NCBI GenBank assembly: GCA_002104945.1
Contig: MCFH01000052.1
Coordinates: 248,001-312,000 of the forward strand
Source: Piromyces finnis finn
Lineage: Eukaryota; Fungi; Neocallimastigomycota
Direction: 5' to 3'
Length of the DNA stretch: 64,000 nt
Shown piece by piece: positions 1 to 13,166 of the stretch (the stretch's first letter is position 1; every line of letters starts with the position of its first letter). Made by a program: the position numbers and the translations under genes. The notes under the pieces are model-generated. The model ran no database searches. It was not told the DNA's origin and was given only the letters and a program-made list of their open reading frames with translations.

Positions 1-1
1 A

Positions 2-1102
2 CTTAAAAAATATTTAAAGCCAATCGGTTTCTATTCAAGAAAACTTAACTCTACCGAAAGAAAATATTCAACCTTTGATAGGGAATTACTCGCTCTATCA
101 GAAACCCTTCTCCATTATAGATTATTATTACAACAAGGACAGAAGATTTATTGCGCTACAGATCACAAGAACCTTGTAATATACATTAACTCAGGATCTA
201 AAGTAGAAACAAATAGAAAACTCCGCCTATTCGAAAATATCTGTAACTTTAATATTATTCCGTGCTACATAGAGGGAAAGGATAATAAAATTGCCGATCT
301 CTTATCAAGATTCATAAGGATGGAACACAATAACGAAGAAAGTAACAATCCTAATGATAACCCTCAACAGATGAATAATATCGAAGAAGTCAATTCATTA
401 GATTTCATTATAAACGCAATTGAGTTAAAAGATAAAGAATATTCAAACAAACAAGACATCAACGACGAAGACACTGATTTTAAAGTCTTCAAGGCTACCA
501 TTAATTCATTAATTCAGAGTAATAAACAAAACGAATTAAAAGAATACCTATTTAAATGGTACCAAAATCAGAATACTCTATTCGAAAGTTTAAAAGAACA
601 AATTGTAAATTTACTCGAGGAAAATACCTACTTCGAAAAACAATATCGAAAACAAGTAAATCTTAGATGTGAAGATTTAAAGGAAGTTCTAAATCGAAAG
701 GAACAATTTAATCAGGAAATAAATAAATTAAAGGAAGAAATACACTCCATACAAACAGGCAAAACACAAATCGAAACAAAAAGAAAACTTGATAAATTAA
801 ATCAAAAGATAAACGATCTCAGATACGATTTAAATCCCAAAGCCGAGCGCATTGAACTTACCAAAAAAGTAAATACATCGGAAAAACAATTAGAATCCTT
901 ATGGAAAACCATGGAAGAATTAAAAAATAAAATTGAGAACACGAACAAAAGAATAAATGCGTTAATAATAGACAACGAACTAAAGGAAATATTTCCCACT
1001 TCCGACACCGCCATTAGTAATGAACTAAAGAAAAGAAAACTTTCGAACTTTCAAATTGAAATAGATTTGACTAAAGAACAACATGGAAAAACATGTGAAT
1101 AA
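2..1102 (+). CDS. 3' part of a retroelement pol-like ORF: Ty3/Gypsy-type RNase H fused in frame to a ~260-aa coiled-coil region (5' end outside window)
   Basis: Frame +2 is open from base 2 to TAA at 1100-1102. It reads PIGFYSRKLNSTERKYSTFDRELLAL...TDHKNL...YIEGKDNKIADLLSR and continues directly into track ORF 320..1102. No integrase motifs follow. Confidence 0.8.
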   Translation, partial: LKKYLKPIGFYSRKLNSTERKYSTFDRELLALSETLLHYRLLLQQGQKIYCATDHKNLVIYINSGSKVETNRKLRLFENICNFNIIPCYIEGKDNKIADLLSRFIRMEHNNEESNNPNDNPQQMNNIEEVNSLDFIINAIELKDKEYSNKQDINDEDTDFKVFKATINSLIQSNKQNELKEYLFKWYQNQNTLFESLKEQIVNLLEENTYFEKQYRKQVNLRCEDLKEVLNRKEQFNQEINKLKEEIHSIQTGKTQIETKRKLDKLNQKINDLRYDLNPKAERIELTKKVNTSEKQLESLWKTMEELKNKIENTNKRINALIIDNELKEIFPTSDTAISNELKKRKLSNFQIEIDLTKEQHGKTCE

Positions 1103-1639
1103 TTGATTAGTCTAGATATGCTTAATTAATTAATATTTAATATATTTAATAAAATTTAAAAAACCTTATTAGTAATAGTTATTAGTTATTTCATTATAGT
1201 TAATTTTTATAATTCATATAAATAGTTAAAAAATGTATTATTTGAAAAACTAGTTTTTTCTAGTTTTTATTCGTTAATATATTCGTTAACCACTAAGTTT
1301 ATCAATTATTAAATTTGTTAAAAAACATTAATCACTAGTTATAGTCATTAATAGATTAACTTAGTTATAATTCTCAGAAAAACCCGCAGTTGAGGATTTA
1401 AGTATTAATGTGAAAACAAGTTTTTTAACAAATAAAATATAAAAACATTTAAATAAAATTATCTTAAATAAAATTTAATCTTAAAAACGAACAAATACAT
1501 TCATTAAAAGAATTAGTGTAAATACAATTATATTTACAAATTAACGTAAAGAGCTTAGTTTGATACGTAATATAACTAAAATTAACGTGAAAACTTCTTG
1601 TAAAAAGATTTATTACTTCAATATATACATTGGTTAATT

Positions 1640-1911
1640 ATGCACATATTCAATATAATTATACAAAACTAAATACTAATTTTTATAAATATTAAAATAA
1701 TAAAACTATATAAAAACTAATTAAATACATTTTTGATTCAATTTGAGTAAACTACAAATTGAATACATTCCATTTATTACCCATATATTAGTTAAATATT
1801 AATAATACTGTTTATTATATATTTATTATTAAAAATACTAATTAAAACTATTCTAAGTTATTAAACTAATTTTAATTAAAAACTTTTTAAGCTTTAAATA
1901 TTTAAATTAAT
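1640..1911. repeat. Partial copy of LTR family K
   Basis: Shares TTTTGATTCAATTTGAGTAAACTACAAATTGAATAC and flanks with 2779-3500 and, inverted, with 27583-28272. Confidence 0.6.
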
Positions 1912-2505
1912 GGATAATTCTAATGGAAAACAGCCCTATATGCTGGTTATCCAAGAAGCAAACTTGTGTAGCTACATCTACTGTTGAGACTGAGTACATT
2001 AGTACGTCAATGAATACAAAGAAAATCTTATGGATCAAAAACATGGTAGATGAAATTTTTAATTATAACAAAAATATAACTTTACCGACAACAAAGCAAG
2101 CAAAAAGATAATAGAAAATGGTGAAATAAATATGAAGTTAAAACATATCAACATACATTATCACTTCGTAATCGACAATATAATAAAAACAAAATTAAAA
2201 TTATAAAAACACCAAGGAAATGTTAACCGACCGTGAACATTTATGGACACATAATTTTATTTATCCATATCATATATTCATGAATACACGTGACTAACTT
2301 AAAAACATAAACACTAAAAGTGTTGTAAACGTAATGTCTACGTATTATAGAGATAGTTATTTTTTATTTATTTTATTTTATATGATCACATGACCTTGCA
2401 TCTTATAAATTGTAACGATGTAAGAAATAATAATTATTCATAATTGAATAATTATTATTTCTTATTATTTAATAAAAATTTATTTAAATTATTATTTTCT
2501 ATACA
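1912..2505 (+). mobile_element. Copia-1 relic: RNase H fragment plus decayed 3' LTR, PPT deleted
   Basis: SPICWLSKKQTCVATST matches the end of the 50007-55166 ORF. LTR sequence GTGAACATTTATGGACAC starts at 2233, directly after ACCGACC. Confidence 0.85.
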
Positions 2506-2778
2506 TTCAATTATTACTAATAATATTCCATTCATTTGATTGATATTAATGATTTATTTAAAATATTAATTTTATATATACTTATATAAAATATAAAATA
2601 TAAAATATAAAATTTATTTATTTATCATATTTTTATATATTTAATTAATATTATAAATTTATTTAATTATTAATCTTTATGTACATTTAATTAATATAAA
2701 TTATTTATTTACTTATTATTTATCTGATACATTTAATTTTGACTATTTATACTCATTACATTTATTGTTTTAAATTAC

Positions 2779-3500
2779 TGTAAAATAATAATTTTAAAAC
2801 ATATTATTATTTTTTCAATAAAACACAAAAAATAAAAAAAAATTTAAACACTAAAATTAATAAATAAAAATTTTCAATTAATATTTCTTTTTAAAAGTTA
2901 TTAACTATATAATAGTCAATAACAACTATGTTTATTTAAAATTTGGAAAAAATACATGTATTTATATGTTTTTTCATTTACATTCATTTTATATATTTTT
3001 CATTCAATTATACATATATTTAATATAAAATAAACAAAACTAATTTAATACTAATTTAATTAAATAATAAAATAATAAAACTAAACTAAAACTAATTAAA
3101 TACACTTTTGATTCAATTTGAGTAAACTACAAATTGAATACAGTCCATGTATTACCTATATATTAATTAAATATTAATAATACTATTTATAATATATTTC
3201 TTATTAAAAAAACTTATTTTAAAACTACGCTAAAGTTATTAAACTAATTTTAATTAAATAAAAACTTTTTAAGATTTAATTTGAATATTTAAAATATTTA
3301 AATTTAATTATCCATTAATTTAAATATTTATCCAAATTTCATTTCCTAACCTTGATATTTTAAAATTAATTGTTATTTAATTATTCCATAAAATTTATTG
3401 AATAAATTTTATGAATAATTTCCATTAAAATATCAAGATTTTTATTTAACAATTATTAATTATTATTAAATAATTTAAAGATATATCTTATATCTTTACA
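2779..3500. mobile_element. Solo LTR, family K (722 bp)
   Basis: TGTAAAAT...TCTTTACA, flanked by 5-bp TSD ATTAC (2774-2778, 3501-3505). Confidence 0.75.
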
Positions 3501-4113
3501 ATTACGTATTAATTATGTTTTTATTATTGTATTAAGCACGAATAGAATAGGAATCGGTATTTTAAGGTTTTCCCGATTGTGCCTTAAGGAGGCATTCGGT
3601 TTTTCTTAAAATTACACGATGATCAATATGATTAGAATATTGATCGAAAATCATGTTTAGGTTTTTCTTCTAGTCTTTTCCTAAACATTTCATTTGTTAA
3701 GATTAGAACCCATTTTATTTAACCTTATTTTTTAATAAAATTATAAATAAAACACTCTTGAAATTCCTTAGAAATTCAAGAGTTATTATTATAAAGGAAT
3801 ACATTATAATAAATAACACAAATACATTTATTCTTTTTTTTAAAAAAAACATTCTTCTAATAAACCAATAATTAATAGATAATAAAAAATTAATTAAATA
3901 ACTTCCGCTCCATTTAACCCTTAGTGTTTATTTGTTTATTATAAATCTTTATAATTAACTCGATAAGTTTTTCATTCTCTATTTTCTATTTTAATTTTAT
4001 TCAATATTTCTTATTTTTGCATATTATATATATATTACTACAATATTAATAGTTAATATTATATTGTAGATAGTAATTTTTAATATTTAAAACAAATAAG
4101 AAATTACTACAAA

Positions 4114-5147
4114 TGTAAAAGGTTTATTATAAAATTAGTTGATAAGTTATCACTATTTAGTTAATTAAGTTAGTTATTACCTTTCTATACGAGATAATAA
4201 CTAAATAAAGTTTTATAAAAAATAATAAAAGAACTAAAATGAATATTATAACACAAAACTAAATATAAACAAATAAATATTATTATGAAATAAATTTACT
4301 TAAATTATTTTTAATTATATCTTTTATTTATTATTTATAATTATTATACATTAATTATTATTATAGTTATTAATTCACTTTAATACTAACGCTAAAGTAT
4401 TTAACGTTAGTTTATGCTATACTATTTAACTATAGTAGTTTATTTTCTTTACCACTTGATTGGGTAGAGCAAATAAACTTTCTATTTAATTAATAACCAT
4501 TAATATATGGTTATGCATATATCTAGCCACTAAATGGTAGCCAGAATATATGGTTTCAATTGTGTAAAAGTTTTACTAAACTTATAATTTAATATTAAAA
4601 TATTAAATTAAATAAAAGATTAAAAGATAACTAGGTTAGAAAATAATTTTAATTAAAACAATAATTTATATCCTTTTGAGTGAATGATTTATGTTTGATA
4701 CATCAGGGGTGATCATTCTCTGAATAAGCAATTAATCATTACTAACAAAATATCTTTAAATTGGAATGTCTCGTGAACCAGCAGAGATATTGACCTGATT
4801 TTAAGATATATTGTTTATCTCAAGCGTATTTCCCAAAACACATTTATCCAAAATCGCTATTCGTTGTCGAGTTACGATTGTTTTTCCTTATTAAATTATG
4901 ACGATAAGGGTTAAAGTTATTTATTATAAAATTATTAAAGGTTAAGGTCGTATCTTAACCTTTTCTAAATTTTTTAAATATTTCTTAATATAATTTTATA
5001 ATTTATTTGGAAATAAAATATTGTTGATTTTGAAATTTTATAAGTAATTTCACAATTTCAAGTGATCTTGAAATTGCAGATTTCACTAGTATTTGTGACA
5101 AATTAAAATATTTGTGGGCAAACTTATGGTCACTAATATTTCTGTAA
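4114..5147. mobile_element. Decayed LTR family E with nested LTR-B
   Basis: Collinear with 60373-60867. Right end degenerate, TSD not recoverable. Confidence 0.65.
4563..5100 (-). mobile_element. Solo LTR-B, internally deleted (538 bp)
   Basis: TGTAAAAGTTTTAC...GTGACA, TSD AATTG/AATTA. The empty site AATTG is visible at 60821-60825. Confidence 0.85.
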
Positions 5148-5322
5148 AATATTGTATTAATAGAATAATGTATTTAATATGTATTTAAAATAATGTATAA
5201 TGTATTAAATTAATGTACCGTAAATTTTACAAAATTTACATCACAATACATTAACATAAATTTATGAAAAATTTATTTTATGATAAGATAAAGTTTTTGA
5301 TGATAAAATAAAATTTTAAATT

Positions 5323-5598
5323 AAATAATTTTTAACCAATAAATATTTTAGATAATAAAAAAATTTTTTTATAAATTAAGCCTCAAAATTAGAAATAAAT
5401 AAATTAAATATATGTTTGAAATATAATCAACCATATAGTAAATAAATCAAAACTTTATTTAAATAATTTTTAACCAATAAATATTTTAGATAATAAAAAA
5501 ATTTTTTTATAAATTAAGCCTCAAAATTAGAAATAAATAAATTAAATATATGTTTGAAATATAATCAACCATATAGTAAATAAATCAAAACTTTATTT
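5323..5598. repeat. Perfect tandem duplication, 2 x 138 bp
   Basis: CCTCAAAATTAG at 5381 and 5519; the two units look identical by eye. Confidence 0.9.
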
Positions 5599-7319
5599 TA
5601 AGTTTAGAAAATTCTTTAGTAAATAAATTGAATTTAAATAGTTTACTACAAATAATTTCTTTTAATAAATGTATAAATGTAAACAATGTAAAACTATAAT
5701 ATTAAAACATGTATATTAGAATTTATTCAATTTATTTAAAAAGTATAAATAAAGAAAATTTTTCAACTATTAAACGATAGTTGGAAAATCGTATGGTTTA
5801 GTTTATATAGTTTAATTTAGTTTTTAATAATAAAAAAAATTATTTATTGATTACCTAGTGAGGGCTCTGGTCAAATAACCTTCACGTTAAAGTAATCAAC
5901 GGTTGTTTTAGTTTAGTTTAATTTAAAATAATTTAATAAATAATAAATAAAAAATAATTTAAAGTTTAGTTTATTAAGTGTATACAAACCTGAACTGTAG
6001 TATAGAATATTTTACAATTTCTTACAAAAAACGAATCATAGAAAGTAGTAACTTGTCTTAGTAGTTAGTAACTAAGACCTTGGTTTGAACTACTCGAATT
6101 CAAAACCTCATTAATCTCTTTTTTATTAATTATTAAATATTTTTACAGCAAAGTTTTACCAAAAAAGGAAATTTCTGATTAGTCTAAAAAAATAAGTTGT
6201 AAAATTTTTATAAATTTAATTTTAAAAAATTTTATATAAATGAGTGAAATTTCTTTAAAAAATATTTTTTAATTCGAGTTTTTATTAATAAAAAATTTTA
6301 TAATAAAAATAAAATTATTAAACACTAACCTGTTATAATTTTGTTAAGTGTTCAATAATAAAATTTTTATTTGCTTTTATTATTTTCCTTTTTATATATT
6401 TGTGTTTTTATTTATTGAACACTAGTTCTTTACAATAAAAACTCCTAAAATATATAATAACACCTTAGTGTTTAAAAAAGGAAGAATTTTTAATTTATTA
6501 AAAAAATTAAGTCAGTGAAGCGTATTTTAACAATAAGGGTACTGAAAACAAAAGTAAAACCCACAGTTATTATAAGGGGAGCGCTAGGACGCTTAATTTA
6601 ATAAAGAATCTCATTTTTAAATGCTAGAGTTATTTAATAAAAAAATAATACGCTTTATTAAAAATAAAAAAAAAAGTAACAAAATAATAGAATTAAAAAT
6701 GGAAAAAAAAGTAACAAAATATAATAGAATTAAAAATAAAAAAAAAAACCAAATAAATAAATAAATAATAAATAAATACATAAAAATAAATAAATAAATA
6801 AATTCATTTTTTAATAAAACGTTTTCTACTTTTAATAAATAAAATTAAATTTTATTTATTATTTTTGAAAAAATATATTAAAATAACAAAGAAGTTAGGA
6901 TTCAATACCTCCCTTAGCGTGGATAGTTGGACACCTATACATAATACTTTGTTGTTTAGATATTATTAATAATCGGGGAATTAAACCTATTTTTTTCTTT
7001 CCGCTTAATTAAGCAAGTGACAATAAAGAAACTAATACCGTTAATTCCTTTTATTGAAAATTTTATATTTCCAATATTAACAATTGATAATATCTACATT
7101 ATCAACAAAGAGCTATGAGGGACCTAGTATTGAGTGCTAATAAAATTAAATATTTGATGGTCCAATACTATTTAATTTGACTCTTTGTCTTTATATAAAA
7201 TATTTTAATCAATAAATAATAATAAAGATTTAATTTTTTTCTTTATCAATTTCTTCAAATATAACTTTATCTTAATTTCATAATTTTTCTTTTCAACTAA
7301 TTTTATTTTCTAATTTTTA

Positions 7320-10300
7320 ATGGAAGGACAAATATTTGATAACGCTTCACTAAAAGACGGTTTCACAGGAGACAGAAAATATCTCAAAGGTTTCTTAGCC
7401 AAAATAGAACTTTTTTTTTCTTCTCTACCCCGAAAGATATCAGGATAAAGAAAGCAAGGTTATCTACCTGATTTTCTCGCCTTTATGGAAATGCATTAAA
7501 TTGGGCCGCTACGCATATTGATAATCATGATACATGCCTGACCAACTACCAAGCATTCAAAGAAAGACTAAAGGCATTCTATGGAAACAACGACGCAGTC
7601 TACGTAGCCAATCAAATGTTACGTACTCTCAAGCAACATCGTTTGGGTGGCATCAGAGGATACATCCTTGAATTCAACAAATATTCTGATGAATCCAACT
7701 GGAATGAAGAGGCTAAGATGAATGATTTTGTCGCTGGGCTCAACCAAGAAGTTGCAATGAAGATCTTAGAGATGTTCCCAGTACCAAAATATTTGTTTTC
7801 CCTCCAAACTATTGCAGCTAGAATAGATTCCAGACTTGCTACCAGGGGATTATTTTTTGATAAAAACTCTAAAGGACTTAGTTCTAATTTCAGCAATTGC
7901 TCCAGAAAAGCTACCACAAATCTAAAAGAACATCCCAAAAAGAAAAGATACTTTGGTCTGTTATCCAAGGAAGAAAAAGAAAGAAGAAAGTTTATGTGTC
8001 TATTGTGGATCTCCAGGACACCAACTGAAAAATTGTCCTAAAAGAAGAAATAAAAACTCAGCAGTCGAATCTTTAGTTTCTCTACCAAATAATTCTTCCG
8101 ATTCCAAGAAAAATCAACACGACAGGGTAACCTCAAATTTCAAATTATCGTTTGAACTAGACACCAAAATTCTTATAGACTCCGGTTCTACTCTTAATCT
8201 AATCGATATCGACTATTGCAACGATCACAATATTCCCTACCACTATGAAGAAGATTTACCCAACGTATTCGGTATTGGTGATAGCCAAAAACTGTTCGGA
8301 GTTACTCCACCTCTTAATCTTCGTTACATGGATCACTTATGCCGTACTGTCTTTTATGTTACTGATCTACCTGAATATCCTTGTATTCTCGGTCTACGTT
8401 GACTTAAGGAACACAATTCAAGTATTGACTTTGAAAATAACAAATTATCTTTTGGTTCTTCTTATTGCTTGGATCATTGTATGACTCTCCCTTCAAATGT
8501 TCCCGAATTCCATCAGGAAACTTCTGTTTTTCTACTGATTCTACTGATTGCAATCACTCTTCTTCCGTTTCTTTGCCTATTTTTATTGACAATCCCAAAT
8601 CTTCATTTTTAAATTCTAAGTTATCTCATTCTCGTAATTTCAAAGAAAATCGTTCTAAATCTGCCTCAATTAGCAATGAATATGTTACCGATCCTTCATC
8701 ACAAGAGTCTTGTCCTGTCATTACTTCTAATATTTCTCTTTCCAAAGTTGATTCTTACTCACCAAAAAACTCTCTTAAAAACTCAAATGTTATCACTAAA
8801 CTTCCGAAGGAATTAGAATCATATATGGATGTCTTAAGTGAATCCTCTGCTGATAAATTACCACCTCATAGTCCTTATGATTGTCAAATAAACTTAATCG
8901 AAAATGCCAAGCTTTTTTATGGACCAATCTACTCACTAACAGACGAGGAAACAAGAGTTTTGAAGGATTATATTGATGAAAATCTCAAAAAGGGTTTCAT
9001 TAGGAAATCCAAATCTCCTGCTGGTGCGCCTGTACTCTTCGTTCCTAAGAAAAATGGTGAACTCCGTCTTTGTCAAGATTATAGGGAACTCAACAAAATT
9101 ACCATTAGAGATTCCTGTCCTCTACCTCTGATTCAAGATATGCTAGAGCATCTTAGTAAAGCGAAAATTTTCTCAAAATTGGATTTACGATCAGCATACA
9201 ACTTGGTCCGAATCAAAAAGGGTGATGAATATAAAACAGTCTTCACCTGCAAATTCGGCCACTTTGAATACCTGGTAATGCCATTCGGACTAAAAAACGC
9301 CCCGGCTGTTTTTCAACATTTTATCAATGATGTTTTGGAAAATATTCTAGGAATTTTTGTTTATTCATATATTGACGATTTAATTATTTTTTCTGAAAAT
9401 CATAAATTTCACATCAAGCACGTTATCGAAGTCTTGGATCGCTTAAGAAATGCTGGTCTTTATGCTAAGCTTGAAAAGTGTGAATTCTTTGTTTCTTCTA
9501 TTGATTTTCTTGGTCATCGGATATTCTCTGAAGGCATACATATGGACCCCAATAAAGTTTCTGCTATTATCAATTTGCCAGTTCCGTCCAATGTCAAGGA
9601 AGTTCAATCTTTTATTGGCCTAGCCAACTACCATCGTCAGTTTATCCCTAATTTTGCCAAAGTTGCTCAACCCCTTCACAGACTACTTCATAAAAATGTT
9701 AAATTTGATTTTGCCTCTGAAGCTCTTGACGCATTTAACACTATTAAATCATTAATTTCGTCTGCTCCCATCCTGTCTCATCCAAATCGTGATCTTCCCT
9801 TTGTTGTTGAAACCGACTCTAGCAACTTTGCTATAAGAGCAGTTCTGTCCCAAAAATCTCCTGATGATAAAATGATCCATCCGCTCTTGAAACTTGGCGA
9901 CATTTTCTGAAAGGTGCTTTATCTCCGTATACTATTTATTCAGATCATCGAAACTTATATCAAAAGAAACCGGAAAAAATGTCACAACGTCTTGTTCGTT
10001 GGGCTCTTTTACTTTCCGAATTTAACTTTAAAATTCTCTACCGCTCTGGTTCATCTACTGGTAAACCTGATTCGCTTTCAAGAAGACCTGATTATATGGA
10101 TTCCTCTCTTCCTTCTGATGCTCCTTTTTCGGTTTTACGACCTGAGAATTTCTGTGCTTTGATTTGTTCCATTTCTTCTCTTAATGATGAAATATTATCT
10201 GAATATGTGAACAACTCTTTTTACATTGACATTTGCAATTTTCTTGAAAATAAGAATCTCCCAGCTCCACATCCACAAAGTAATAAATTCTCTTAGTAAT

Positions 10301-11596
10301 AGTTTTCTTCTTTTTGATAATAGAATCTATGTTCCTTTAAAATGCCGTCCCTCCGTTTTGAAGTTCTGTTATAATTCCCCTTCTGCCGGTCATTTTGGTA
10401 TCCGCAAAACTATTTCTTTGATCTCTCGTGACTTTTGGTGGCCATCCATTTCTATTGATGTTAAGAATTATAACCGATCTTGCTAGATTTATTGCCGCTC
10501 CAAGCCTTCTCGTCACAAACCATATTGCATACTTCAAGCCCTTGAGATTAGTGACCATCCTTGGGTTTCTATTTCCATGGATTTCATTACTGGCCTCCCT
10601 CCTTCTGAAGGATTTAATACTATTCTTGTTGTAGTTGACCGCCTTACAAAAATGTGATACCTCATTCCCTTTAAAGGTATTCCTTCTGCTTCTAATACTA
10701 CTTTTGCTTTTTTGAATTATATTTTCAGAATTCACGGTCTCCCCTCTGAAATTATTTCCGATAGAGGCGCGCAATTTACTTCGAGATTTTGGAAATCTAT
10801 TTTCCGAGCTTTGGACGTCAATGTTAAATATTCTTCGCCATATCATCATCAATCCAATAGCTAAACGGAGAGGGTAAACCCCGTTGTTGAACAATATTTA
10901 AGATGATTTTCTAATTATAAAGGAACAAACTGGATCAATTTCCTTCCATTGGCAGAATTCAGCTACAATAATGCTGTTCAAGACTCAACAAAATTCTCAC
11001 CATTCTTCCTAAATTATGGTTATCACCCAAAATACTCTCCGATAATTCCTGACCAAACGAATGTTTCAAGAGCTGAAGAATTTACAGGAGACTTTGAAGA
11101 CCTAATGGAGAAACTTAAAGAAAACCTAAAGAAGGCCATCCAAGTTCAAAAGAAATACGCCGACAAGTATAGACAAGAACCTCCGACATTCAAGACAGGT
11201 GACAAAGTATGGTTGGATAGCTCCTTGATAATTCATAATTGAAATAAAAAATTTAATCCTAGGAAACTTGGCCCGTTTAGGGTAATTAGTAAAATCTTTA
11301 ATCTCACTTATAAATTAGAATAACCAAAATCGCTGAAGATTTACCCAATTGTTCATGTTTCGAACCTAGAACCGTACTATGAAGATAGTTTTGGAAGAAT
11401 TAAAGATCCACCTCCACCTATTATAATAAATGAAGAAGAATACGAAGTAGAAGAAATACTTGATAAAAGAAAGCATTATGGGAAGATTCAATATCTTATA
11501 AAATGGAAAGGTTATCCGCTTTCAGAAGCATCTTGGGAACCTGAAAGCAATTTAAACTGCGATGAACTAATTAAAAATTTTAATAATTCACATTAG
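7320..11596 (+). pseudogene. gag-pol: Gypsy-1: decayed chromovirus gag-pol, sister family of Gypsy-3; LTRs not resolved
   Basis: Starts MEGQIFDNASLKDGF (cf. Gypsy-3 gag). Contains CVYCGSPGHQLKNC knuckle, LIDSGS protease, YIDD RT, RNase H, integrase and chromodomain [25 protein letters not shown]. Many frameshifts and stops. Confidence 0.92.
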
Positions 11597-11766
11597 GTAA
11601 TAGTTATTTAAAAAAAATTTAGTAATTGACAAGAGAAAAAGAGAATAGAAAATAAAAAATGAAAAAATATATTTATAATTTAATATTCATGTAAAAAAAA
11701 ATTTTTTATCAAAATGTATTCACTCATTTTAATTATTTATTTTTATAATAAAATAACAACTAAATT

Positions 11767-12786
11767 TATTAAGTTTTGGGGTTTGGTTATGTGGCCAGGT
11801 CAGAATGTTTTAATTATATAGTAAAAAATGTTTTTTTAAGAAATTAAATTTAAATATAAAATAACACTTTAAACTTCCAAATGAAAAATTAATATTTATT
11901 TTTTTAAAATAGCTTTTTATAAAATTTTATTTATTTAGTAATAATAATATAAATGATAATATATTTAATAACTATATAATTAAGATTATAACTATAATCT
12001 TTACAAAGGATTAAAATCGAATTCAATTCATTCTCTTTTATATTTTTTGTTCAGATTATTAAATTGATAAAAATAAAGTATTACATGTAATATATTAATA
12101 ATATAATTAAATAAGTAATAAGATTGTTTGTTTGTTTGTTTGTATGTTTGTTTGTCATGACATAAAAATAAAATAAACATAAATCATTTAAACCCTTGAT
12201 CCGTTAACCTATTTTATAATAATTAGAATTATTTAATTTATAGATGTTAACTGTTACACCTAAATGGTTTAGTTCTATTTTTAGTAATAGTCATTATCAT
12301 TAATTAAATTAATATAATTAAAATTTCTATTGATAAATTCTTAATTTTTGTAAAGTCATAAGAAATATTTATGATCCATACTTGATATTCTATTGATTTT
12401 AATATACCAATTAAAATCTTTGAATGATCATAACTTCTTTAAATGACCAGTTAGAAGGACCGCGATTGTACCAAAATATAGCTTTTCCTTTAAGCTTTCT
12501 AATAAACTTGGTTTCACAGCCAACGCTACGGCCGTAGTACATACAGCCGTAGCGTTCGTTTTTGGCGAGTTATGCCTTGTTTCATGTTTGTTTATTTTTG
12601 GCTAATGGTTAAAGTGTATTGATATTAAATTTTTGAAATCATAACCCTTTCACTGAATCAAAATTTAAAAGGTGACTTTTAAAGGTGTTTTAAAATAATT
12701 ATTGAAATTATTTAATTATAATTATTATGTTTAATTAATTATAGATATTATCTGAATTTGTTTTAAATCCAGTTAATATCTTCACA
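11767..12786 (-). repeat. Gypsy-2 3' LTR (family A)
   Basis: Plus strand reads TATTAAG (TG mutated to TA)...ATCTTCACA; PPT at 12787-12800. Confidence 0.9.
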
Positions 12787-13166
12787 ACGCCCTCCCTAGG
12801 AATTCGTATTCCAGACGAATTCTAGAAACTGGAGCGAGAAATAAAAATTTTTGATTTTAAAAAATTTTTACGAGAGGAAGTAATAATTTCAAAAGGTCAC
12901 TTGGTCATTGTGAGATTTTTTGAAATTTCACTTTTTGAAAAATTTTCTTGTTGATAAAATTTTAATAATAAAAATGATAATAGAAATAAAAAATAATTAA
13001 GTTTTAATATAATAATTGAAAAATATTAAGTGTAAAAATTTTGAAATTTCAACATTTCAAAATTTTGTGATGAGTTAAATTTCGAAATTTAGTTGTTATA
13101 AAAATCTTTTGTAAATGGCGTAAAAATTATTTTTTGAGAATCATTGACTTATTAATGTTGATTTAA

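Noticed and set aside
1382-1391. ACCCGCAGTT shared with the Gypsy-2 leader (17991-18000)
   Set aside because: Single 10-mer with no flanking homology.
6900-7030. Gypsy-1 5' LTR end (GTGACA|ATAAAGAAAC at 7022) and a minus-strand PPT-like AAGGGAGGTAT|TGA at 6904
   Set aside because: No matching second LTR, TSD or self-primer found.
11715-11766. TGT 47 nt left of the Gypsy-2 3' LTR flank, which would fit the offset rule
   Set aside because: No PPT or second copy shows it is an LTR start; left out of the tally.
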